A stretch of DNA of 64,000 bases from Flavobacteriales bacterium (GCA_965661345.1 CBFIDK010000001.1:266543-330542), one strand, 5' to 3'; counted from the stretch's first letter, positions 41,086 to 51,089 are shown. Notes: a model not told the origin generated them from the letters alone. Made by a program: numbers and translations.

Positions 41086-42489
41086 ATGAATATTAAATTA
41101 TTTGAAAAACTTTATTTTATCGGAATAGGTGGCATTGGCATGTCAGCATTAGCGCGCTATTTTAATTCAAAAGGATTAGAAGTTTGTGGGTATGACAAAA
41201 CCCCATCTGAGTTAACGGATGAATTACAAAAAGAAGGAATAGACATTCATTTTGATGTCAATCACATTCCAGAAAATATAAAAGTTGCTAACCCCCATTC
41301 ACTATTAGTTGTCTACACACCTGCTGTTAGTTTAGAAAGTTATCAGCTTCACTATTTTAAATCAAAAAAGTGGAATGTTTTAAAACGAGCAGAATTATTA
41401 GGGCACCTTACCCAAGATGCTTATACCATTGCCGTTTCTGGAACGCACGGTAAAACTACTACTTCTTGCATTTTGGCTCATATTCTGCAAAGTTGTAATA
41501 TCGATTGCACAGCCTTTTTAGGGGGGATAAGTACAAATTTAAACTCCAACCTTTTGTTATCTAAAAAGGGAAATATCGTTGTTGTTGAAGCCGATGAATA
41601 TGATAAATCATTCTTGAAGCTGAATCCAGATATTATTATTATAACTTCCATTGATGAAGATCACCTAGATATTTATAAAAATGAAGACGATATAAAAAAT
41701 ACATTTAAGGCTTTTGTTGAAAACCTTAAACCAGAAGGGATGTTGTTGGTTAACAAAGCCATTGATTTAGATTTCAAAACAACTGATGATGTTTTAAAGC
41801 TAACCTATTCTTCGTCGGTTAAATCAGATAATTATGCCACTAATTTAAGGCTCGAAAACGCGCGTCAAATTTTTGATGCACAGTTTGTTGACATTCTACC
41901 TGGGCAAGTTTATGAACATCGATTAAAAGATATAGCACTTGAAATGCCTGGCAAGCATAATGTAGAAAATGCACTTGCTGCAATTGTGGTGTCCTCATAT
42001 TTAGGAGCGAAACCAGCAGATATTAAACTAGCTGTTGAATCATTCACAGGAGTAAAGAGAAGGTATGAATTCCATGCCAACGGAAAGTATGTGTACATAG
42101 ATGATTATGCCCATCACCCAGAAGAGGTGAAGGCAACCTTACAAGCAACTAAGCAGCTATTCCCGAATAAAAAAATTACAGCCGTTTTCCAGCCTCATTT
42201 ATTTTCAAGAACTCGTGATTTTGCTGACGAATTTGGAGAGTCATTATCTTTAGCCGATGAGGTTTTATTACTAGAGATTTACCCTGCAAGAGAATTGCCA
42301 ATTGAAGGTGTCAATTCAAAGATGTTACTCGAAAAGATTTCTAAAAGTGAAAAGAATATCATCGCAAAAGACTTGTTGGTGGACGAGTTAACGCATCCTA
42401 AACGAGAAGTATTGCTCACTATGGGAGCAGGAGATATAGATAGATTTATTGAACCATTAACACAATGTTATAGAGATGAAGTGGATTAG
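41086..42489 (+). CDS. murC: UDP-MurNAc--L-alanine ligase
   Basis: GIGGIGMSALA, GTHGKTTT, EADEYD, DDYAHHP, FQPHLFSRT, MGAGDI. Confidence 0.96.
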   Translation: MNIKLFEKLYFIGIGGIGMSALARYFNSKGLEVCGYDKTPSELTDELQKEGIDIHFDVNHIPENIKVANPHSLLVVYTPAVSLESYQLHYFKSKKWNVLKRAELLGHLTQDAYTIAVSGTHGKTTTSCILAHILQSCNIDCTAFLGGISTNLNSNLLLSKKGNIVVVEADEYDKSFLKLNPDIIIITSIDEDHLDIYKNEDDIKNTFKAFVENLKPEGMLLVNKAIDLDFKTTDDVLKLTYSSSVKSDNYATNLRLENARQIFDAQFVDILPGQVYEHRLKDIALEMPGKHNVENALAAIVVSSYLGAKPADIKLAVESFTGVKRRYEFHANGKYVYIDDYAHHPEEVKATLQATKQLFPNKKITAVFQPHLFSRTRDFADEFGESLSLADEVLLLEIYPARELPIEGVNSKMLLEKISKSEKNIIAKDLLVDELTHPKREVLLTMGAGDIDRFIEPLTQCYRDEVD

Positions 42490-43201
42490 TGTTATCACAC
42501 ATACCGTTTTATTTGCAGGCCTGGTTGTTTTACTAGCCTTTACTAACATGCGCCACGATAATAAAATGTGTAAAGATTACCGCATTGATTTGGGCAACAC
42601 AAAAGGATCACTAATTACTCAAGGTGAAATTATACTTCTTATGGAATCAATTTCTGACAGTATAGTAGGTAAACCCATTACGCAATTACCTCTATTTGAA
42701 ATTGAAAGTAAAATTGAACAACAAAAAAACATTGAAAATGCCGAGGTATATGTTACCCTAGATGGTCGATTGCAAATAGATGTAAAGGAAAAAGAACCTA
42801 TCGTGCGAGTAAAGTCAGTCAATCAGAAAGAATTCTATATGGATAAAGAGGGTGCGATTTTTGATTTATCGTCTAATTACACAAAACGCTTGTTAGTAGC
42901 AAATGGTAATATCAAAGATAGCTTAGACCTATCAAGTATTACTGCTTTAGCAAACCACATCAATGGCGATCCTTTTTTAAAATCTCAAATAATTCAGATT
43001 TACATTAAAGAAAATAAAGAAATAGAATTAATACCCAGAGTAGGAAACCACAATATCCTTTTAGGAAGAATTGATGGGTATAAAGAAAAGTTTAAAAAAT
43101 TAAAGTTGTTCTACTCAGAAGGTGTAAAGCAAACTGGCTGGAACAACTATAAAGAAATAAATCTCAAGTTTAAAGATCAAATCGTTTGTGTAAAAAAATA
43201 A
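42476..43201 (+). CDS. ftsQ: Cell division protein FtsQ/DivIB
   Basis: N-terminal TM, POTRA-like region, C-terminal Y..INLKFKDQIVC typical of Bacteroidota FtsQ. Confidence 0.88.
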   Translation: MKWISVITHTVLFAGLVVLLAFTNMRHDNKMCKDYRIDLGNTKGSLITQGEIILLMESISDSIVGKPITQLPLFEIESKIEQQKNIENAEVYVTLDGRLQIDVKEKEPIVRVKSVNQKEFYMDKEGAIFDLSSNYTKRLLVANGNIKDSLDLSSITALANHINGDPFLKSQIIQIYIKENKEIELIPRVGNHNILLGRIDGYKEKFKKLKLFYSEGVKQTGWNNYKEINLKFKDQIVCVKK

Positions 43202-43203
43202 TT

Positions 43204-44472
43204 ATGGATAGTATCTCAAATATAGCTGTCGGTTTAGATATCGGAACAACCAAAATAACGGTGATTGTTGGTCGGAAGAATGAACACGGTAAAATAGAAA
43301 TTCTTGGAATGGGTAAAGCCCCATCGACAGGAGTGATGCGTGGAATAGTGGCTAACATTGATAAAACCACTCAATCCATCCAGAAAGCCTTACAAGAAGC
43401 TATAGATGTGTCAGGCTTACAGCTAAAAAATGTAAATGTTGGAATTGCTGGTCAACACATAAAAAGCTTACAGCATAGAGGCCAACTGGTTAGAGAAAAT
43501 CTTGAAACCGAGATAAATGATGCCGACATAAATAAGCTTATGCAAAACATGTATAAGCTAGTAATGGTGCCTGGCGAAGAAATCATTCATGTTATACCAC
43601 AAGAATACATAGTCGATAAACTAGACAACTTCCCAGATCCAAGAGGAATGGTAGGTGTTCAGCTTGAGGCTAATTTTCACATAATAACGGGTCAAACAGC
43701 AGCTATTTCAAATATTAAAAAGTGCGTAAATAATGCAGGTCTTGCCATGACTGGGCTCACCCTTGAGCCTCTAGCCTCTGCAACTTCTGTGCTAGACGTC
43801 CAAGAATTAGAAGCGGGAGTAGCACTAGTAGATATAGGGGGAGGAACAACGGACGTTGCCATTTTTAAAGATGGAATAATAAGACATACTGCCGTAATTC
43901 CATTTGGAGGAAATATCATTACTCAAGACATTAAAGAAGGCTGTTCTATTTTAGATAATCAAGCCGAATTGTTAAAGGTTAAGTTTGGCTCTGCCTTGGC
44001 AAGCCAGAACAAAGAAAATGAGATAGTATCTATTCCGGGTTTAAGAGGTAGAGAGCCCAAAGAAATATCACTTAAAAACTTAGCTAATATAATACAGGCT
44101 AGAGTTGAGGAGATAATTGAACTGGTACACCATGAAATAAAAAATTCTGGATATGAGAGAAAACTAATCACTGGAATTGTACTCACGGGAGGAGGAAGCC
44201 AACTAAAACACATTGGGCAATTAGTTGAATTTCATACAGGAATAGAATGCAGAATAGGTTACCCAAACGAGCATTTATCTTCAAGTTCACCTATTGATGT
44301 CAGTAGTCCTATGTATGCCACTGGCGTTGGTTTGGTAATGAAATTTTTAGAGGAGGATAATGGCGACGAGCTAAATACAACCTCAGGAAAAACCACGAAC
44401 AATGGAGGAATGGGCGACTTCTTTAAGAAGATGCTCGATAAAATTGATAAATATTTAACAAACGACGAATAA
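43204..44472 (+). CDS. ftsA: Cell division protein FtsA
   Basis: GLDIGTTKI, LEPLAS, DIGGGTTD, LTGGGSQL, P.YATGVGL. Confidence 0.96.
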   Translation: MDSISNIAVGLDIGTTKITVIVGRKNEHGKIEILGMGKAPSTGVMRGIVANIDKTTQSIQKALQEAIDVSGLQLKNVNVGIAGQHIKSLQHRGQLVRENLETEINDADINKLMQNMYKLVMVPGEEIIHVIPQEYIVDKLDNFPDPRGMVGVQLEANFHIITGQTAAISNIKKCVNNAGLAMTGLTLEPLASATSVLDVQELEAGVALVDIGGGTTDVAIFKDGIIRHTAVIPFGGNIITQDIKEGCSILDNQAELLKVKFGSALASQNKENEIVSIPGLRGREPKEISLKNLANIIQARVEEIIELVHHEIKNSGYERKLITGIVLTGGGSQLKHIGQLVEFHTGIECRIGYPNEHLSSSSPIDVSSPMYATGVGLVMKFLEEDNGDELNTTSGKTTNNGGMGDFFKKMLDKIDKYLTNDE

Positions 44473-44504
44473 ACTGAACTATTAACAAATTAATAATTAA
44501 GACA

Positions 44505-46145
44505 ATGACAAACGAAAGTGTATTAGCATTTGACTTACCAAAAAACCAATCATCCGTCATTAAAGTGATAGGTGTTGGTGGAGGCGGAAGCAATGCAGTG
44601 AATTACATGTATGAACATGGAATCGAAGGCGTAGACTTTGCTGTTTGCAACACAGATTTGCAAGCATTAGAAGCGAGTCCAATTACTACCAAGATTCAGA
44701 TTGGTGCAGAAATAACCGAAGGGTTGGGAGCTGGCGCGAATCCTGAAGTAGGTAGAAAAGCAGCTGAAGAAAGCATCGACCGTATTAACGAACTTCTTGA
44801 AACGAATACAAAAATGCTTTTCATTACAGCTGGAATGGGTGGTGGTACCGGAACGGGTGCAGCTCCAGTAATTGCTCGTGTAGCAAGAGAAAAAGAAATC
44901 CTTACCGTGGCTGTAGTAACAGTTCCTTTTTGGACTGAAGGAGGTAACAGAAAACAATATGCCGAGAAAGGGTTAGAAGAATTAAGAGCTAACGTAGACA
45001 CACTTTTAGTGATTAATAATGACAGGCTTATTGAAGTTTATGGTGATTTAACATTGAGTAGAGCTTTTGCAAAAGCTAACGAAGTATTAAATACAGCTAC
45101 AAAAGGAATTGCTGAAGTTATTTCACAGACATTAATGGTAAATATTGACCTTAATGATGCTAAAAGAGTATTAAAAGACAGCGGGAGCGCCGTAATGGGG
45201 CAATCGTATGCTTCTGGAGAAAACCGTGCCATTGAAGCCATTGAGGCAGCACTGGATTCACCTCTACTTCATGACAATAACATAAAAGGCGCACAACAAG
45301 TACTGCTTAAAATTGTTACTGGTCCTGGTGAAAAAGAAATCAGAATGACTGAATTATTCAGTATTAAAAAGCACATTCAAGATGTTGCAGGTTCTGATGT
45401 AAACATCATTGAAGGTATTGGCGTGGAAGAAGGTATGGAGGATGAAATAAGCGTAACAGTAATTGCAACGGGTTTCAAAGTGAATAAGAACTTAGGCCCT
45501 GCAAAACCAATTACGCCTAAAGTCTACGATTTAGAAAATGACGATACAGAAACTAATGAGGTAACTGAAGAAGACACTACGGATTCTCTTATTGATTTTG
45601 ATACTGATGAAACACCTCAAGCGACCCTAAATTTTGATTTGGATGCAGAAGCACCAACGCTAAATTTTTCCTTAGAAGAAGAATCTTCAGAGGAAAGTCC
45701 AATCGATTTCCCAGTAAACAGTGAAGCTCCTCAACCACAACAAGAAATCATTTCTGAATTAGTAGAAGATGAAATTGTTGATGAAAACGAAGTAGTCGTT
45801 CATACTTTAGAAATGGAAGAGGAAGCTGAAGAAGTCATTTCAGAATTAAAAGATGAGGTTGAAAAAGAGGAGTTTACTCAAATCAATCACGGTATTTCTG
45901 CAGAGCAAATGGCATTAAGAAGCCGTCAACGAATGGACAGATTAAGAGAAATAACCATGAAGCTTCGCACTCCATCGGGTCTTACTGACCTAGAAAGTCA
46001 GCCAGCATATAAGCGCCGTGAAGTCGAGCTTGATGATGTAGCGCATTCGTCTGATTCAGAAGCATCAAACTATGTTCTTGGAGAAGATGACGATAAAAAC
46101 ATTGGCATCAAGCCCAATAATTTCTTACACGATAACGTTGACTAA
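44505..46145 (+). CDS. ftsZ: Cell division GTPase FtsZ with long acidic C-terminal linker
   Basis: IGVGGGGSNAV, AGMGGGTGTGAAP, NIDLND; C-terminal QPAYKRR and NNFLHDNVD typical of Bacteroidota. Confidence 0.97.
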   Translation: MTNESVLAFDLPKNQSSVIKVIGVGGGGSNAVNYMYEHGIEGVDFAVCNTDLQALEASPITTKIQIGAEITEGLGAGANPEVGRKAAEESIDRINELLETNTKMLFITAGMGGGTGTGAAPVIARVAREKEILTVAVVTVPFWTEGGNRKQYAEKGLEELRANVDTLLVINNDRLIEVYGDLTLSRAFAKANEVLNTATKGIAEVISQTLMVNIDLNDAKRVLKDSGSAVMGQSYASGENRAIEAIEAALDSPLLHDNNIKGAQQVLLKIVTGPGEKEIRMTELFSIKKHIQDVAGSDVNIIEGIGVEEGMEDEISVTVIATGFKVNKNLGPAKPITPKVYDLENDDTETNEVTEEDTTDSLIDFDTDETPQATLNFDLDAEAPTLNFSLEEESSEESPIDFPVNSEAPQPQQEIISELVEDEIVDENEVVVHTLEMEEEAEEVISELKDEVEKEEFTQINHGISAEQMALRSRQRMDRLREITMKLRTPSGLTDLESQPAYKRREVELDDVAHSSDSEASNYVLGEDDDKNIGIKPNNFLHDNVD

Positions 46146-46147
46146 TT

Positions 46148-46582
46148 ATGGATATAAATAAAGAGATTAAAGAAGCCATGTTGGCTAAAGACTCGGTGAG
46201 ACTTTCTTCCTTAAGAGCAATAAAGTCTGCTTTTTTGGTGGCGCAAACCGAAAAAGGTGCTGGCGAATTAGATGATGATGCCATGCAAAAAATCATCCAA
46301 AAACAAGTCAAGCAGCGAAAAGATGCAGCGGCCATTTATATAGAGCAAAATCGACAGGATTTAGCGGATGATGAATTGGCACAAGTTTCTATTCTTGAAG
46401 AGTTTTTGCCTGAACAGTTAAGCGAAGATGAAATTCGCCAAACGGTTGAAGCAATAATGACTCAAATGGGTGCTTCAAGCATGGCAGATATGGGTAAAGT
46501 TATGGGTGCAGCTAACAAACAGTTAGCCGGTAGAGCCGATGGGAAACTCATAGCTCAAATTGTTAAATCAAAATTATCTTAG
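46148..46582 (+). CDS. GatB/YqeY domain protein
   Basis: KEAM.AKD..RL..LR.IK, GR..L...E, DMGKVMG, GRADG. Confidence 0.92.
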   Translation: MDINKEIKEAMLAKDSVRLSSLRAIKSAFLVAQTEKGAGELDDDAMQKIIQKQVKQRKDAAAIYIEQNRQDLADDELAQVSILEEFLPEQLSEDEIRQTVEAIMTQMGASSMADMGKVMGAANKQLAGRADGKLIAQIVKSKLS

Positions 46583-46607
46583 TTATTACAGTTTAGTTCA
46601 GTTAATT

Positions 46608-46638
46608 AAAACCCTTGCCAATATGGCAAGGGTTTTTT
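46608..46638. terminator. Intrinsic terminator at the end of the dcw/yqeY transcript
   Basis: AAAACCCTTGCC-AATAT-GGCAAGGGTTTTTT. Confidence 0.9.
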
Positions 46639-46676
46639 CGTTATATTAGCGATTAACTAACTTAAAACCATTTGTC

Positions 46677-47084
46677 ATGAAAAAACTATTCGCATCTATT
46701 TTATTTCTTTTTTTTATTTCTCATTCATCGTTCTCCTCAAGTCTTTCAGAAGAATTTCAATTAATTAATGATACCATCTTTGAAGAAGTGGATGTTATGC
46801 CAGAATTCGAAGGAGGTATAGAAGGTTTAATGGCGTATGTTAAAAAAAACACTAAATATCCAGAAGAGGGAAGAGCAAATAAGGAAACAGCTCGTGTTTT
46901 TATAGAATTTGTCGTTGACAAATCAGGTTATGTAAAAGATGTAAAATCCCTCAAGAAGCAAAAGAAATACTTTGAAGAAGAAGCCATAAGAGTGATTTCA
47001 AATATGCCGAGATGGAGAGCAGGTTTATATCAGAAGAAACCAGTCAGTACAAGGGTTGTATTACCCATTACTTTTCAATTATAA
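46677..47084 (+). CDS. Signal peptide plus TonB C-terminal domain protein
   Basis: VDVMPEFEGG...YP.....A.V...FVVDKSG.V..V...EAIRVI..MP.W..G...PV.....PITF; no Pro-rich linker. Confidence 0.85.
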   Translation: MKKLFASILFLFFISHSSFSSSLSEEFQLINDTIFEEVDVMPEFEGGIEGLMAYVKKNTKYPEEGRANKETARVFIEFVVDKSGYVKDVKSLKKQKKYFEEEAIRVISNMPRWRAGLYQKKPVSTRVVLPITFQL

Positions 47085-47636
47085 TTATTCCCATCTCCAG
47101 CTTTCTATAATGCTGTAGATGTCTTCTTTAATGAAATTACTAATAGGAATAATTGAATCGTTTAGAGCAGTATTGAAATACAGAGCCCCTCTAACAAAGT
47201 GGTTAGTGCTGTCTGTCAAATAAAACTGTATTGGTGTTGCTGTGCCGCCTTGAAAAGTATAAACGACTCCATAGACGTCTAAAGAGTCATTTACAAATAG
47301 CTGTTCACTAATGGCTTCAGCTTTTTGAGCATGCTTGTAGGCTAGGTCTCTACTGTCCTCTGTGAAACTATATACGTCGTTGTTTAATGACTTATAGGAC
47401 ATATGTAGTGTGCCGCCAAGAGGTTCGAATTTTAAATCAAACCAAAATTTGTCTTCATCATGAAAATTTAGTGTGGTATAATCTGGCTGCTGAAAGGTAA
47501 ACGGACAGTGACTCTCTGAAAGAAATGTTGATTTTTTTGGGAAATCAATTCTTGGGTAGCCACTTGGCTTAGGCGTATAACTTTTATTACACGCTAAAAT
47601 TGTTAAGGAAAAGCATATCAATAAAAACCTATTCAT
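47085..47636 (-). CDS. gldD: Gliding motility lipoprotein GldD
   Basis: ILAC lipobox, PKPSGYPRIDFP, AT..QFYLTDS..HF.RGALYF, DSIIP. Confidence 0.93.
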   Translation of the reverse strand: MNRFLLICFSLTILACNKSYTPKPSGYPRIDFPKKSTFLSESHCPFTFQQPDYTTLNFHDEDKFWFDLKFEPLGGTLHMSYKSLNNDVYSFTEDSRDLAYKHAQKAEAISEQLFVNDSLDVYGVVYTFQGGTATPIQFYLTDSTNHFVRGALYFNTALNDSIIPISNFIKEDIYSIIESWRWE

Positions 47637-48939
47637 CAATAGTGATTTTTATACGTTTAACTCTTGTTTTATCAACGGATTCAACTGTGAAGGTGTATTG
47701 TTTATAAACCAATTGCTCTTCATGTTTAGGGATATCTCCCTTCATTTCCAGAATCAATCCAGCCAATGTGTCCGATTCTCCTTTTATATCGTCAAAAAAG
47801 TCTATTTCGCCATCAATAGTTTTGAGGACATCATTCAGAGATGTTTTCCCCTCGAAGATATAATTAGTGTTATCTAGTTTTGAAAACTGTATACCGTCGT
47901 CATCAAACTCATCATTGATGTCGCCTACAATTTCTTCAATAATATCTTCTAGAGTTACAATGCCTGACGTTCCCCCGTATTCGTCAACCACAACAGCAAG
48001 ATGGGTTTTCTTTTCTTGGAATTCTTTCATGAGGTCATCAATCATCTTGCCTTCAGGAACAAAGAAAGGTGTTCGGATAAGTTTCATCCAATCAAATTCT
48101 TCTCTTTCTAAAAATGGCAATAAATCCTTAATGTATAATATACCTAGTATGGTGTCAAAATTTTCTTTGAAAATAGGTATTCTTGAGTATCCGCATGAAA
48201 TTACTGTTTTTCGCACTTCGTTAAAGTCAGTGTTTTGTTCGATGGCAGTAACGTCTACTCTCGACTTCATTATTTCTTTAACTTGAATATTTCCAAACTC
48301 GACGATACTCCTAAGTATTCGTTTTTCTTCTTCGTTAGTATCGTTTTCTCCGGCTAAATCCAATGCAGAAGATAGGTCGTCTACAGAAATTTTATAGCCT
48401 TTCGACCTGAATCTTTTTTCAATTATGGAGGTCGAAGAAACTAATAACTGGCTGAGGGGCTTAAAAAAGTTTGATAAAACTTTTAGAGGCGTGCTCATCA
48501 TTTTAGCAAAGGCTAATGTATTTTGATTAGCGTAAACCTTTGGGATAACTTCTCCCAGTAATAATAACGCAAATGTTACGACTACCACCTGTATTACAAA
48601 ACTCAATATTGGAAAGTTGTTGAAATCAAATATTTGATTTGTAATGAATGTTGATAGTATGACTATGGCAACATTTATAAAGTTATTTGAGATTAAAATT
48701 GTTGCTAATAAATGGTTAGGTTTTTGCATTAGCTTTTTTATCGGTGCTACTGAATCTTTCTCTTCATCTGCAAGTTTTGATGAGTCTAGAGAAAAGAAAG
48801 CCACTTCAGATCCAGAAATCAGAGCTGATGATATTAGCAACAAAAAGATACCAAGTAAAGCAAATACCAGATTTAAGTCAATGCTTTGGTTAGCTATAGA
48901 TATTAGTAAAGTAATAATCTGTTCAGGGTCGTCGTCCAA
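47629..48939 (-). CDS. gldE: Gliding motility-associated protein GldE (CNNM/CBS/CorC domains)
   Basis: SALISGSEVAFFS, LGEVIPK, GYSRIP, VVDEYGGTSGIVTLED; adjacent to gldD. Confidence 0.92.
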   Translation of the reverse strand: MDDDPEQIITLLISIANQSIDLNLVFALLGIFLLLISSALISGSEVAFFSLDSSKLADEEKDSVAPIKKLMQKPNHLLATILISNNFINVAIVILSTFITNQIFDFNNFPILSFVIQVVVVTFALLLLGEVIPKVYANQNTLAFAKMMSTPLKVLSNFFKPLSQLLVSSTSIIEKRFRSKGYKISVDDLSSALDLAGENDTNEEEKRILRSIVEFGNIQVKEIMKSRVDVTAIEQNTDFNEVRKTVISCGYSRIPIFKENFDTILGILYIKDLLPFLEREEFDWMKLIRTPFFVPEGKMIDDLMKEFQEKKTHLAVVVDEYGGTSGIVTLEDIIEEIVGDINDEFDDDGIQFSKLDNTNYIFEGKTSLNDVLKTIDGEIDFFDDIKGESDTLAGLILEMKGDIPKHEEQLVYKQYTFTVESVDKTRVKRIKITIDE

Positions 48940-48962
48940 AAGGTATTCGTTTTAATTAAAAT

Positions 48963-49385
48963 TTAGAATGGTAAATCATCGTCTGGAGCATCTTGAACGG
49001 GAGGCGTTGCACCACCTGTGTTTTCAGCGATACTATCAGAGTTGTCAGATTTTTTACCCAACATTTCCAAGCTGTCACACATTATCTCAGTTGTATATCT
49101 AGTCAAGCCATCTTTATCTTCCCAAGATCTAGTTCTCAACCGGCCTTCAATGTACACGCTATTGCCTTTTTTGAGATAAGGCTCAACAACTTTAGCTGCC
49201 AGTCCTCCTCTTGCCACGATGGTGTGCCATTCGGTTTGTGTTACTTTTTCGTTAGTGTCTTTTTTGATGTAAGTTTCGGAAGTTGCTATTGGAAAACGGG
49301 CTAATGATCCGCCGTTTTCAAAATGCCTTACTTCGGGGTCTTTACCTAAATTTCCTACTAGTATTACTTTGTTAACGCTTGCCAT
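48963..49385 (-). CDS. ssb: Single-stranded DNA-binding protein
   Basis: SVNKVILVGNLGKDPE, TEWH, VYIEGRL.TR.W, C-terminal DDDLPF; -7 element at 49419-49426. Confidence 0.97.
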   Translation of the reverse strand: MASVNKVILVGNLGKDPEVRHFENGGSLARFPIATSETYIKKDTNEKVTQTEWHTIVARGGLAAKVVEPYLKKGNSVYIEGRLRTRSWEDKDGLTRYTTEIMCDSLEMLGKKSDNSDSIAENTGGATPPVQDAPDDDLPF

Positions 49386-49442
49386 TTTTTATGATTTAAG
49401 GGTTATACTTTATACACCCAAATATAATTAAAAATTAATGAG

Positions 49443-50477
49443 TTAATTTAATAAATTCATGTATTTTTCAATGAGTCTTGGTACTGCTATAGTACTTAAA
49501 TCTTGTAATTTAAGAGTTGTAAACGAATGGTTTTCGGGCAAATTATCACAATTTATTTCCCAAAAACGAGCATAAATATTACGATGACTTAATATGTGTT
49601 TTATCTCTTTAATTGATTGGATTTTATAGTCAATGTCTTTAGTCCATTTTTGAAATTCACTGTTTTTCAGCATATTTTCTTCAGATTTTTTTTCTGAACT
49701 TTCTATTAGTGGTAATTCAAAAAGATTCATCCAAATGCCTTTTTCAGTCCGTTTGTTAACCAGAGTTTTTTTATCTGACTTAAAGAAGAAGTAGTCAAAA
49801 TAGAGTGTTTTGGATTCATTTTTTTTAATTTTTACAGGATAGTTTTCGGCAGTATTACTCATAAATGCTACACATTCGTCGCTCAATGGGCATTTTTCAC
49901 AATGTGGATTTTTTGGCTTACAAATTATAGCACCAATTTCCATAATAGCTTGGTTGTGCGTGTCAGGGCGTTTTTCGTCAATAAGTGAATTGGCCAGTTT
50001 TGAGAAATATTTTTTTCCTTCGGTACTATTTATCGCTAAATCGATACCATAAACTCTTGAAAGCAGTCTAAATACATTTCCGTCAACAACGGCATAAGGC
50101 AATTTGTAGGCAAATGAGGCAATTGCTGCGGCAGTGTAGTCGCCAACACCCTTTAAGTTCAAAATATCTTTATAGTTATCTGGAAAATTACCATTCTGAG
50201 AAATTTGCTTAGCTGCAAAATGTAAGTTCCTCGCTCTTGAATAATAACCAAGACCTTGCCAAAGTTTAAGTACTTCTTCCTCTTTTGCATTTGCTAAACT
50301 TTCTACGTTTGGAAATTGCTTGACGAATCTCTCGTAATAGGGGAGGCCTTGTTTAACTTGCGTTTGTTGCAAAATGATTTCAGACAACCAAATATAATAT
50401 GGGTTTGAAGTGCTTCTCCACGGTAAGTCTCTTTTAAATTCTAAGTACCAGTTAATAATTTGAGATGAAAATCGCAT
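49443..50477 (-). CDS. mutY: A/G-specific adenine glycosylase
   Basis: WLSEIILQQTQV, WQGLGYYSRARN, GVGDYTA, VVDGNVFR, C-X6-C-X2-C-X5-C Fe-S motif. Confidence 0.96.
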   Translation of the reverse strand: MRFSSQIINWYLEFKRDLPWRSTSNPYYIWLSEIILQQTQVKQGLPYYERFVKQFPNVESLANAKEEEVLKLWQGLGYYSRARNLHFAAKQISQNGNFPDNYKDILNLKGVGDYTAAAIASFAYKLPYAVVDGNVFRLLSRVYGIDLAINSTEGKKYFSKLANSLIDEKRPDTHNQAIMEIGAIICKPKNPHCEKCPLSDECVAFMSNTAENYPVKIKKNESKTLYFDYFFFKSDKKTLVNKRTEKGIWMNLFELPLIESSEKKSEENMLKNSEFQKWTKDIDYKIQSIKEIKHILSHRNIYARFWEINCDNLPENHSFTTLKLQDLSTIAVPRLIEKYMNLLN

Positions 50478-50540
50478 TAAGTCGTTGAGTATAAGGCGTT
50501 AAAAGTAACGCTTATGTATAAAGTTTAAATAAAAAGTGAG

Positions 50541-50548
50541 TATATTTG
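50541..50548 (+). promoter_or_regulatory. -7 element (TATATTTG) for the HU-bS22-rng unit
   Basis: Exact match followed by CA, 43 nt upstream of the HU ATG. Confidence 0.58.
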
Positions 50549-50591
50549 CAGCAAAATTAAAACATTTAAGCATCTTTTTAAGATTGAGGTT

Positions 50592-50879
50592 ATGACAAAA
50601 TTAGAAATTGTAAACTCCATTTCAGATAAAATTGGTGTAGAAAGAGTTGATGTTCAGGCAGTTGTAGAAGCATTCATGCATGAAGTTAAAGGTTCTTTAT
50701 CCAATGGCGAAGATGTGTTTTTGAGAGGATTTGGATCATTTATTGTTAAGAAAAGAGCAGAGAAGACTGGTAGAGATATTTCAAAAAATACGACTATTAT
50801 CATTCCAGCTCACAATATACCAGCCTTTAAGCCCTCAAAAGAATTTGTAAATAAAGTTAAGACAAACGTTCAACTTTAA
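50592..50879 (+). CDS. hup: HU/IHF-family DNA-binding protein
   Basis: LRGFGSF.VKKRAEKTGR.I.....IIIPA..IPAFKP. Confidence 0.93.
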   Translation: MTKLEIVNSISDKIGVERVDVQAVVEAFMHEVKGSLSNGEDVFLRGFGSFIVKKRAEKTGRDISKNTTIIIPAHNIPAFKPSKEFVNKVKTNVQL

Positions 50880-50925
50880 TTTTTTGAGCGTTATATAAAT
50901 TAAAGAATTATAAAAATATTTGGTT

Positions 50926-51015
50926 ATGCCGAACGGAAAAAAAAGAAAAAGACACAAGATGGCTACTCACAAACGCAAAAAGCGTTTAAGAAAGAATAGA
51001 CACAAGAAAAAGTAG
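50926..51015 (+). CDS. Small basic ribosomal protein bS22 (AURKAIP1/COX24/mS38-like, DUF1713); not in ORF track
   Basis: Translated by hand: MPNGKKRKRHKMATHKRKKRLRKNRHKKK-stop (29 aa); matches the MPxGKKRKxxK...HKRKKR family. Confidence 0.88.
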   Translation: MPNGKKRKRHKMATHKRKKRLRKNRHKKK

Positions 51016-51040
51016 AATATTCTACTAGTATCAATCTTGG

Positions 51041-51071
51041 GATGCATCTTATTTTTTTATAAGAATGCATC
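51041..51071 (+). other. Stem-loop in the leader of the Rne/Rng gene
   Basis: GATGCAT-CTTAT-TTTTTT-ATAAG-A-ATGCATC; 12-bp stem with a 1-nt bulge, ending 18 nt before the TTG start. Confidence 0.55.
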
Positions 51072-51089
51072 TCTGTATGCCACTTTATT

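Noticed and set aside
31053-46145. murF and ddl missing from the dcw cluster
   Set aside because: Normal for Bacteroidota, where these genes lie elsewhere.
45500-46145. Very long acidic C-terminal extension of FtsZ
   Set aside because: Typical Bacteroidota FtsZ linker and tail; not an insertion or intein.
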